Below are positions 55,980 to 64,000 of a stretch of DNA of 64,000 bases, piece by piece. Under the pieces are notes generated by a model that made no database searches, was not told the origin of the DNA, and worked only from the letters and a program-made list of their open reading frames with translations. Position numbers and translations under genes: made by a program. Origin of the DNA: a virus (lineage: Duplodnaviria; Caudoviricetes); IMG/VR virus record IMGVR_UViG_3300044556_000025, positions 28,564 to 92,563 of that record; one strand, written 5' to 3'. Positions within the stretch are counted from its first letter, which is position 1; every line of letters begins with the position of its first letter.

Positions 55980-57134
55980 ATGCGTCTAGAAGACATATCG
56001 ATACCCGAAATTTATAAAGAAGAGTCTTGGGACTTTCGATTCTTCTTAAAATGGCTCATTACGTGCTTGACAAAACATAAGTACGACACAGAACACATAT
56101 ATGACTTATATGATCCGTTGAAGTGTAAGAAAGAGCTCCTTTGGATGTTAGGAGACACTGTAGGGTGGAAGTATGACGACCGTCTGCCTGCGGCCTTCAA
56201 CCGTCTCGTATTGTTATATTTCGCAAAGATGATGCGATATAAAGGGAGTCGTTCTGGCGTAACGTTTGCCGCCGAACTAAATCTTGCCGAATTCAACTTA
56301 ATAAACTACGAAGTTGGATACGAAGACGCTAATGGTAAAGTGGTCAAGGGCAAGACGATACTGGGAGACCGACTAGAAGATACAACCGTTCCTTCAAACT
56401 CCGTATATGTTACTCCACATACGGCTCTTGGATATATTGACGTCGTTTATTTCTCGACAAAGAAGCCGATTGACGCGTGCATCGAATACGTTAGACCTTT
56501 GGGAATGTACCTATTTCAGCACGCAGGTGTGCATTTTGACGCAAGAACACAGATTTCTGTAGACGCGCGTCTCACAAATACTCGAGAAATGTACGAATCT
56601 ATTGGTCCAACACACGTCGGTCATTATACCCGAGACGATTACGCTCGTATGCAACGCGTATACGATCTTTCTAACTCTAAGAAATACGACGGAGAAGCTG
56701 TTCAGTCAACTGTTACAGACGCACAAGAAGTCGGAGCTAAACTTCAAGTTGCTACAAACGACAATCGTCAGAAAGTTTGGTATAGAAACTCAGAGCACGA
56801 GAAAGATACGTCAAAAACTATTAACCCAGGCTATAGGGCTATCTATTCGCTTCAGCTCTGTAACAACGAACAAATTGTTAAGGGTCTGATTGGCACGGTA
56901 ATTGCACCGAAAGATCCGATATTTTCTCTGGGATATGGTCCCCAAGACAACAATGATGAATATAACACCGAACCGTACTATGTTATGAATAGTCCGAGTA
57001 ACATGAAAAATGATAATCCCAATGAAAAACAGTGGGGTGCGTATGTTACAGAGGACAACGTTCGAGTTGTTAACCCTAAGTCATATCTCAAAGACCCATA
57101 TCGAGACGAACACTATCCATATATGAATGAATAG
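55980..57134 (+). CDS. Baseplate wedge/tail protein I (gp7-like)
   Basis: IPEIY...DFR.F...LYDP..C...LLWMLG..VG...MRYKGS..G; IEYVRPLG. Confidence 0.7.
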   Translation: MRLEDISIPEIYKEESWDFRFFLKWLITCLTKHKYDTEHIYDLYDPLKCKKELLWMLGDTVGWKYDDRLPAAFNRLVLLYFAKMMRYKGSRSGVTFAAELNLAEFNLINYEVGYEDANGKVVKGKTILGDRLEDTTVPSNSVYVTPHTALGYIDVVYFSTKKPIDACIEYVRPLGMYLFQHAGVHFDARTQISVDARLTNTREMYESIGPTHVGHYTRDDYARMQRVYDLSNSKKYDGEAVQSTVTDAQEVGAKLQVATNDNRQKVWYRNSEHEKDTSKTINPGYRAIYSLQLCNNEQIVKGLIGTVIAPKDPIFSLGYGPQDNNDEYNTEPYYVMNSPSNMKNDNPNEKQWGAYVTEDNVRVVNPKSYLKDPYRDEHYPYMNE

Positions 57135-57174
57135 GATCATTAAAATCTTACATTCTTGATGATAAATTACTTTA

Positions 57175-57888
57175 ATGCGTCAGGATGTAAGTTCTATGCT
57201 AACGTACAATCAAGCGGCTGCACAAGTTATGTATCATCTTGTGGAAGACCCGTCACACGGATATTCTCAGTACTCTCGTCAGGGCAACGGGAGTACTGAA
57301 ACTTTGTATATAGATAACTTCGGACAAGTAGAAATAGCTTGCGGAGACAGAGATTGCTCGTCGGCAATAGACGACTGCTATATTTCTGTAAAAGTGATAC
57401 TAGACGATAACAGAACTATGTGGACAGGCAACGAAGAAGAAATACTTACCCGAAACGGATTTGTAGAAATACCAATTGACAAAAATTTACAAGAGGGCGA
57501 CGTTCTTTGGAATAACAATCATACTGAGATGGTAATATCTGTTGACGGGCATCTGTATCAAGCTGGCTTCCGAAGATCAGAAACATACTCCATCGACGGT
57601 CAAGAGGGAGATCAGGACGGATATGAATCTACGTATAGCGAAATAAATTACAAACAATGGCGCAAAGCATTCAGATACGTAGGCATACAGCCAGATGACA
57701 TAGTTGCTCAACAGAAAGAAAAAGAACTCGAAGAAGCCAGGGCAGAGATAGCTGAAATACAAGCAAAAATTGACAAACTAAAAGAAGAGACGTCTAAATA
57801 CGAAGTATATTCGATAGAATCTATGAAGAATTCTTTTATTGTTAAAGAAGAAAACAATACTCTTTCAAGCAAATTAAATATGAGGTAA
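57175..57888 (+). CDS. Peptidoglycan amidohydrolase (papain-like lysin domain) with coiled-coil tail
   Basis: HGYSQ..R...GDRDCSS...WTGNE...NGF...GDVLW...HTEM...GDQDG.E. Confidence 0.75.
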   Translation: MRQDVSSMLTYNQAAAQVMYHLVEDPSHGYSQYSRQGNGSTETLYIDNFGQVEIACGDRDCSSAIDDCYISVKVILDDNRTMWTGNEEEILTRNGFVEIPIDKNLQEGDVLWNNNHTEMVISVDGHLYQAGFRRSETYSIDGQEGDQDGYESTYSEINYKQWRKAFRYVGIQPDDIVAQQKEKELEEARAEIAEIQAKIDKLKEETSKYEVYSIESMKNSFIVKEENNTLSSKLNMR

Positions 57889-57891
57889 ATC

Positions 57892-59397
57892 ATGTATTCT
57901 AGATTCGGAAATTTTAATTGCCTACGCGGTACAAATTTCTTATATCAAAATAGCTTAGAAGATATATGTTTCTATGGCCTCAGCTTATCATCGGCAAACG
58001 GCGCATCATATACTTTAAAAGATGACGGCATTCATGTTTCGACACCCGTAGAAGATAATAACGCTAACTTAAACACCGGCATCATCTTCCAATACGGAAC
58101 ATTAGAGCATGTGTTAGATTCAAGAAATTTCGATGAAAACGGATACCTTAAGCCGGGTGCAGGGATTTCTGTTTCGTTCGATGCCGTCGATGTAAGCGAT
58201 ATATCTGACATCACTACAACAATTTGGTTCTCCAAAGACGGAGGAACTTGGTGGGTCGGCGAGAACTGCCGGTCTAAAGGGTTACAATGTCAAGCTGAAG
58301 TATGCAGCACGCAAAACATAAAAAACGTAGAGGGTGAAGCGGAGTCTAAAAATATATCCCCCAACAAGTTCACTAAAAACGACTATATATCTTTTGGTCT
58401 GCATTTAGGGTATCAGGGAAACGGGAACCCCGCTCGTTCTTGCACTTTACGTCGCTTGATGGTTGGGGCAGCGATTACCTCCGAAGGAGCCAAGAGCACA
58501 TCTCAAACTGGATGGGCTCCAGGATCTGATGAAGTTGACTGGACGCAGACTAACGATAGAGTAGTTAAAAAGATCAATTTAGATAGACGAGTAGCTAAAG
58601 TATTTCACTCAGACGACTTAGGAAAATATCCAGTAGATTATTCTCCTATATCTAAATATCAAGACGGATTTATACAGATAAACTTAGTTAATTATCGTAA
58701 AAACAATAACGTTTTAGAATGGTCTCGTCATATAACACAAATCAAGATTGAAGCTAACGTCGCTAACTCATCGTCTAATGACAGAATTATCTGCAGTTTC
58801 ACATATGAAGATACTCAAAATGCGTGGAATACTATAGACGTATACGTAGCTGCAAACGAACTAGGCAAGACTAGCACAGTTATTTCTCTTCCAGCTTTTA
58901 CTATGTTGTCTAACTTTAACATAGGGTCTGGATTTGACGGAACTTCATTAGACGTTTATATGATATCTGTAGTAGACAAAGACCTAGCTTACAACTTAAG
59001 ATATGACAGAGACCTTGATCAGTCATATACAAAAGACGTAAACGTGTTTGACAAAGACGCAGAATATAAGACTACAACAACCACTTCTGGGAAGGCTGAA
59101 GACATAGTTCCAAACCCAAATTGGAATAACGGAAGAAACGATCTTATAGACCCTACAAAAGAATCAAAAGAATCAATTTCCTCGCAATTCAACTCTGGCA
59201 GGAAGTTCCCAGCTCTCCCTAACCCACCGATGCGTCGCACCGGTGACGCTATCGCCATAGACGATGTCAGATTCTCATATAGGAAAAAGACACAGGATCT
59301 ATATACTGACGAAGACAAAAACTGGACTACGGGAGTCATATATCGAGGTCACGATGAGCTCGAAGAAGACGTAAACCCAGATGTAGACAAATTATAG
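57892..59397 (+). CDS. Putative tail/baseplate accessory protein with carbohydrate-binding-like modules
   Basis: NCLRGT...WAP module similar to the N-terminus of the 14419 gene. Confidence 0.5.
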   Translation: MYSRFGNFNCLRGTNFLYQNSLEDICFYGLSLSSANGASYTLKDDGIHVSTPVEDNNANLNTGIIFQYGTLEHVLDSRNFDENGYLKPGAGISVSFDAVDVSDISDITTTIWFSKDGGTWWVGENCRSKGLQCQAEVCSTQNIKNVEGEAESKNISPNKFTKNDYISFGLHLGYQGNGNPARSCTLRRLMVGAAITSEGAKSTSQTGWAPGSDEVDWTQTNDRVVKKINLDRRVAKVFHSDDLGKYPVDYSPISKYQDGFIQINLVNYRKNNNVLEWSRHITQIKIEANVANSSSNDRIICSFTYEDTQNAWNTIDVYVAANELGKTSTVISLPAFTMLSNFNIGSGFDGTSLDVYMISVVDKDLAYNLRYDRDLDQSYTKDVNVFDKDAEYKTTTTTSGKAEDIVPNPNWNNGRNDLIDPTKESKESISSQFNSGRKFPALPNPPMRRTGDAIAIDDVRFSYRKKTQDLYTDEDKNWTTGVIYRGHDELEEDVNPDVDKL

Positions 59398-59450
59398 TAT
59401 TTCCTTAAATTTACGTTGTAGTTGTTTACATTGTCCCTAAGGCGAATCAA

Positions 59451-60704
59451 ATGATAACTTACTCTGCAACTAAAGGATCACTCAATTACACTCAAAACGA
59501 CGAGTCTATAATTATTGAGCTTCATTCGTTTGTAGGGAATGTAGAGCTAGGCAAGTCGTATAAATACGTAAAGATGATAGTTAACGGATCGTGCGTAGTA
59601 AACAGCGATATAGATATTACTAGATCAGACAAATCAGATATTATTCAAATATCTTCTAATTTAGATCTATCTTGGAGTCGAAGCGAACTGCTCGGTAATC
59701 ACAGCTTAACAATTAAAAGTATTTCATCTTCTTCCGTATATTTAAAAGATGTTAGTGTGATGTGCCCCAATATCTTCGGCAGTAATATAAACATAAATCA
59801 TTCTTGCTTATTTCTAGATCATAGTTTGACAAACTATAGCAACGAGGATTCTATAGCTTTAAATAGTTACGGGCACATTACTGTTACAGATTCTTGTATT
59901 CTAGGCAAAGGCGATATTGAGTCGTTCACGAAATTGCCGAGAAATGTTATATCATCTTACGGGGTAGCAATACAAACACCATATCTAATAATAGATAATT
60001 CTGACATATATCTAAACACTTACAAATATGATGAAAGCTTGACAGCTTTGCGCTCGTATCATGATTTATCAATTACCAATTGTATTATAGGAAAACTTGA
60101 AATTGATGAATCAAGTAACACTAACAACTCTTCTTATTCATGTATAGATATCTCAGCTATTGTCAGAGACGGAAATAATTTGGATTTACCTAAACCGTTC
60201 ACATACATAGTTCTTAAGAATGGTGATGGCAGTTTTAAAGGTATTATTGATAGACGCAAGTTATACAACTATCTTCCGGCAAGAAAAGCTAACGCTTACG
60301 ATAAATACAAGCATTCTACGTACTTTACTAACGTAGACTTGCACCGTTACATCGATCAGCACACTGATAATTACGATGACGCAATATCTAAAGATGCTGT
60401 TGATAAGATAATGAATTTATCTTGGTCTGGAAAAGATATAGACCAAACAGCTATTCCAAACGAAATAATTGATTTAATACAGCAGGACAAGTACGTATAC
60501 GACGGGCACAGTCATGATTCATATCCGCTTACGAAAGACGACATAGACGCTATCATGAACGGAAAGTATATATTTGACTCTGAGAGTCGTCTATACGCCC
60601 AGAACTATCAAGTTATGATAAGCTCTCTTAACTCTTATAGAACGACGATGGTTCCCTTGTATGGTGAACATAAACAATATCTGGAAGAGAATGAGCTGCC
60701 ATAA
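59451..60704 (+). CDS. Hypothetical protein (Ile/Ser/Asn-rich, possible beta-helix)
   Basis: 417-aa AT-rich ORF. Confidence 0.6.
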   Translation: MITYSATKGSLNYTQNDESIIIELHSFVGNVELGKSYKYVKMIVNGSCVVNSDIDITRSDKSDIIQISSNLDLSWSRSELLGNHSLTIKSISSSSVYLKDVSVMCPNIFGSNININHSCLFLDHSLTNYSNEDSIALNSYGHITVTDSCILGKGDIESFTKLPRNVISSYGVAIQTPYLIIDNSDIYLNTYKYDESLTALRSYHDLSITNCIIGKLEIDESSNTNNSSYSCIDISAIVRDGNNLDLPKPFTYIVLKNGDGSFKGIIDRRKLYNYLPARKANAYDKYKHSTYFTNVDLHRYIDQHTDNYDDAISKDAVDKIMNLSWSGKDIDQTAIPNEIIDLIQQDKYVYDGHSHDSYPLTKDDIDAIMNGKYIFDSESRLYAQNYQVMISSLNSYRTTMVPLYGEHKQYLEENELP

Positions 60705-61787
60705 ATGAGGAAGTTTTACGACCCATCAAGCTATAAAGCGGTACGGCGCGCCCTTAAGAGAATGTCCTTAGAGCAGAACGTCACTCTCAATGTAATAGAG
60801 CCGTCAACCGGACAAGTTGTTCAGTCGCACGTCGGCCACAACGCTGCGACTAACTCTATGTTGACAGGAATTGCTCATTACTTAATAGGTGATGGCGTAT
60901 ATAACCAGGGTTATACAATGCTGTCAGACTATGTGCCTAGATATATTTCTTTGGGCACCATGGGCCTGATATCGCAAGAAAGCGACGCTTCTGGGCTACC
61001 GATAGGCATTGGAAGCTACGAAGACACAATGTCGACGGACGAAACAAACCGACTTTGTCACTATATGACTGAGACACCCGGGTTCGGCGCCGACGGATAC
61101 GAAGTTTCTGAGAACAACAACCGCGTGTATATGGGACTTGGCCCTACATACGACGCACGGTCTGACGTTGACAAGCAAAAGTTCAACAATCAAGCTTGCT
61201 ATTGTGAGCTTACGTCATCTAAATTCCCTCGCGTACAAATTTCTATGCGAGAGATAGTCCCAGAGTACGATGCGGAAGCTGCAAAGACAATAGACGTAAC
61301 GTTTACGGCAATGATTTCTGTAGGAGCTTTATCTCAGTTCCGGGGGGATAAAGACTACGTGTTCGTAACAGAAGCCGGTTTGTGGTCTAATAAGAATTGG
61401 TCAGATTCGGGAGCTAACGGGCTTCTAGCCGGTTACCGTATAATGCCACCTAACCAAGACAACTGGTATTTGGGCAAGTACGTAGAGACTCAACGAGTCC
61501 CAGAGTACAAAGAGTCTCATTACGAGCTTTCAGACTATACCCCCACAGACAGCCACGGAAACCCAACTTACTTCGACCCCAAGACCCATCAGCCGGGCGT
61601 CGTCACTGTTGACATGATGAAAGAAAATCAGAAAATTCTAAAACAAAACATACTTCGAGTCGGAAAGAATCAAGTTGTTCAAGTAATATGGAAGATACAG
61701 TTGGGTGCTCTCGAGCAGCTTGGGTCGCTCAACGAGCTATACCCAAATATATCCGATGACTCTCCTCTATATTGGCACTTCTGGTAA
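60705..61787 (+). CDS. Putative baseplate/tail-fibre attachment protein
   Basis: HNAATN...YISLG...CEL...R...TEAGLW...LLAG...VIWKI pattern. Confidence 0.55.
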   Translation: MRKFYDPSSYKAVRRALKRMSLEQNVTLNVIEPSTGQVVQSHVGHNAATNSMLTGIAHYLIGDGVYNQGYTMLSDYVPRYISLGTMGLISQESDASGLPIGIGSYEDTMSTDETNRLCHYMTETPGFGADGYEVSENNNRVYMGLGPTYDARSDVDKQKFNNQACYCELTSSKFPRVQISMREIVPEYDAEAAKTIDVTFTAMISVGALSQFRGDKDYVFVTEAGLWSNKNWSDSGANGLLAGYRIMPPNQDNWYLGKYVETQRVPEYKESHYELSDYTPTDSHGNPTYFDPKTHQPGVVTVDMMKENQKILKQNILRVGKNQVVQVIWKIQLGALEQLGSLNELYPNISDDSPLYWHFW

Positions 61788-61798
61788 AGGACATTAAC

Positions 61799-62203
61799 AT
61801 GAAGATTAATAAGAAACAAATTAAAGCGTCTGAAGAAGTTTATAACCAAGAAATTGTAATTACGCCTGCCGCCCTTTTAGACATTCTGTCTAAAGTAGAC
61901 GAATTCAAAGACTTCAAGCTAGGCCTAGACGAGTCTCTTGACGGAAATTTGCAGCTAACAGTAAACGATTCCGTATATGATCTTACGTCTGAAAGTGATA
62001 TTAAGGACGTTCAGACTGAATCACAGACCGTAAAAGAAGTAAGCGACGCAAACGAAGAAGCTTATTCCGATCTCGAGTCATCTGAAGGGTTTACAGACAC
62101 TGAAGAGATTGAAGGCGGTCTTGTAAAAGACCTTATAAAGACACTTGCTATCGGTGGTCTAGTTAGGCTCGGCGGCAGCCTTGCAAAAGACGCTTTGAAA
62201 TAG
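61799..62203 (+). CDS. Acidic head-region protein
   Basis: AAGGA RBS; MKINKKQIKAS; directly upstream of the protease. Confidence 0.7.
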   Translation: MKINKKQIKASEEVYNQEIVITPAALLDILSKVDEFKDFKLGLDESLDGNLQLTVNDSVYDLTSESDIKDVQTESQTVKEVSDANEEAYSDLESSEGFTDTEEIEGGLVKDLIKTLAIGGLVRLGGSLAKDALK

Positions 62204-62215
62204 GAGGCTGTATAC

Positions 62216-63670
62216 ATGGCTAATAAAACAAATATAATCGGCACTTTTACAGGAGAGTGCGCCGACGCTGACGTTACAAACGAAAACGGAATTGACATCC
62301 CTCGCGAAGTTTGGGAAACCGTATTTGCGTCTGACATATACAAACAAGGCATCGAACTCGGCTGGTACATAGGATTCGCCGGTCACCCCGAAGACGTCGG
62401 GTGTATGGACTTTAAGAACGCATGCATTGTAATGACCGAAGGTCATATAGATGACGACGGCAAGGTATACGGTACCTTCAACCTTTTAGACACACCCGTC
62501 GGCCGAGTAATCAAGACAATGATTGATGCGGGCGTAACGTTCGGCATTTCAGTACGCGGCGCAGGAGACGTTTACAACAATACCGTAGACCCAGAAACGT
62601 TCGTATTCCGCGGTTTCGATCTAGTAACGTTCCCAGCTTACAAAGAAGCTATACCGCAGTTTACAGAAATTGCCGCATCCACTGACACTAAACAGCGCGC
62701 TAAATATCAGTCAATTTGCAACTCTGTAAACAAAGAGCTTAAAGACATTACGTCATGTGAGGCAATTGACGTTATCAAATCAGCCTTCCCAGAGCAATCT
62801 GATACGTTTAAAGATCTCGAAACTCGAGAAAGCGAACTAAAAGATCTATCTGAAAATGATGTGTCTGACGAATTCAAGCTAAACGAAGATCGAGTTAACG
62901 GACTTCTAAGCTTGTATCTAGATACGCTCAAGACGTTACACGAAAAGGAAAAAGAGCTCGAAGAGTGTAAAAAGCGTTTTGACACTATCTCTCTAGAGTG
63001 CTCGAAGAAAGAGTCTGTTTTACACAGGATTGTTGCCGATCAAAATAACTCCGTAAAAGAGCTTAAGGCTGCATACGATACATCTAACGCATTCTTGAAA
63101 CGTCGTAACAAGATATTGTGTGCCTCTAACAAGCGCATGAAAGAAACAATCGAAGCTAATTCTAACATTGAAGTTAAACTCGAGGAATTAGAGCGCGATA
63201 ACAAAAAGCTTCAATCTAAGATCGAGGCTTCTCAAAATGTAATTTCTTCACTAAAACGTGACAACCTTCAATATTCTCAGAAGATCGAAGCCAGTGACCA
63301 TTCCATTCGTGAAAAAGACGAAGCGATTGATCGGCTTAAGTCTCAGATAGACAAAACTGTTGTCGATGCTGACACTCAAGTCGAGAAGATTTCTAACTTG
63401 GAAGCGCGCAATAAAAAGCTTTTGTCACAAGTGGAGGCGTCAACTAAGCTTATAGAGGAATATCAAGACGCGTACGCAGAGATGTACTCTCAAGCACTTG
63501 GCGTAGGTCTCAACAATGTCACCGTAAACGCTAGCACGGGGGTTGATGAACTTAAAAAGATTATTTCTAAGTCATCTAGCATATATGCCTCTCAAGAAAT
63601 CGATGAGGCCCAGCCTGTTCTAGACGGATTAGATGACGGCTTCGAATCTGACAATCTCGTAACTATCTAA
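62216..63670 (+). CDS. Prohead protease (T4 gp21-like) with C-terminal coiled-coil scaffold
   Basis: NENG...GHP...GISVRGAG...FDLV.FPA catalytic H/S/D pattern; long coiled coil. Confidence 0.88.
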   Translation: MANKTNIIGTFTGECADADVTNENGIDIPREVWETVFASDIYKQGIELGWYIGFAGHPEDVGCMDFKNACIVMTEGHIDDDGKVYGTFNLLDTPVGRVIKTMIDAGVTFGISVRGAGDVYNNTVDPETFVFRGFDLVTFPAYKEAIPQFTEIAASTDTKQRAKYQSICNSVNKELKDITSCEAIDVIKSAFPEQSDTFKDLETRESELKDLSENDVSDEFKLNEDRVNGLLSLYLDTLKTLHEKEKELEECKKRFDTISLECSKKESVLHRIVADQNNSVKELKAAYDTSNAFLKRRNKILCASNKRMKETIEANSNIEVKLEELERDNKKLQSKIEASQNVISSLKRDNLQYSQKIEASDHSIREKDEAIDRLKSQIDKTVVDADTQVEKISNLEARNKKLLSQVEASTKLIEEYQDAYAEMYSQALGVGLNNVTVNASTGVDELKKIISKSSSIYASQEIDEAQPVLDGLDDGFESDNLVTI

Positions 63671-63691
63671 CTTCTCAAGGAAGTGTAAATT

Positions 63692-64000
63692 ATGCGTATT
63701 ACCGGAAACCGCTCTATTCGAGCTAACAGCGGTCGTCGCAACGTTACCGCAGGCACTAACGTGACTGCCGGCGCTGTCCGCCGTAACATGTCGCCTATCA
63801 TGGCTTCGACTATGCGCAATCTCGACCCTGCTAAGCGTCGCTTTGCTCAGCAACTTATTGCTAACGCAAAGCGCTCGCAGGCCATCATGGGTGCTACTAA
63901 CACCTCTAACATCATGGCTCGCCCTGACTTTATCGAGCTTCTCCCTATGTTCACTCAGAAGCTTCTAGTAACCGACGTTGCCGGCTCTGTTGCCATGCGC
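63692..64000 (+). CDS. Major capsid protein, N-terminal part (runs off the window)
   Basis: AAGGA RBS; open for 103 codons (MRITGNRSIRANSGRRNVTAG...LLPMFTQKLLVTDVAGSVAMR); follows the protease; biased codon usage. Confidence 0.75.
   Translation, partial: MRITGNRSIRANSGRRNVTAGTNVTAGAVRRNMSPIMASTMRNLDPAKRRFAQQLIANAKRSQAIMGATNTSNIMARPDFIELLPMFTQKLLVTDVAGSVAMR

Noticed and set aside
1-64000. tRNA/rRNA genes, self-splicing introns, inteins, alternative genetic code
   Set aside because: None recognised by eye. Core genes (ligA, thyX, sheath, protease) are uninterrupted and read through with the standard code

Overview
This is a 64-kb segment of a large contractile-tailed (myovirus-type) bacteriophage, coded almost entirely on the + strand. 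The backbone is a virion morphogenesis region: neck/tail-completion genes, tail sheath (2813-4774), tail tube (11297-11845), tail assembly chaperone (30832-31653), tape measure (35778-39611), baseplate genes and multi-domain tail lysins (40104-61787), prohead protease with scaffold tail (62216-63670) and the start of the major capsid protein (63692-end). Accessory DNA breaks up this module. It includes three paralogous Zn-finger/Hef-like putative homing endonucleases, a NUMOD4-HNH gene, and two non-autonomous IS200/IS605 elements (deleted tnpA, apparently intact tnpB). It also includes a ~19-kb block of receptor-binding and nucleotide/RNA metabolism genes (thyX, ligA, radical SAM, TrmH/SpoU, two deaminases, phosphoesterase) with three matching strong sigma70-type promoters, and a GC-rich island of shuffled short modular genes (31826-35560). 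The Gram-positive-type lysins, a CW_7 domain and the GC-rich island suggest a Gram-positive, possibly actinobacterial (Coriobacteriia-like) gut host; this is inference. The most notable signals are: (i) two identical 51-bp single-hairpin IS608-like mini-elements, each 3' of TTAC, one of which splits a perfect hairpin; (ii) a solitary type I-E CRISPR-like repeat next to one of them (candidate RNA anti-CRISPR); (iii) a candidate UUU-CGU +1 frameshift in the tail chaperone; (iv) a repeated [IV]-x-A-[S/N/G] motif shared by the scaffold, the capsid N-terminus and the N-termini of small proteins (candidate maturation-cleavage/capsid-targeting code); (v) a cassette array apparently recombining through conserved junction repeats. 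Product calls come from motif recognition and synteny only; no searches were run.
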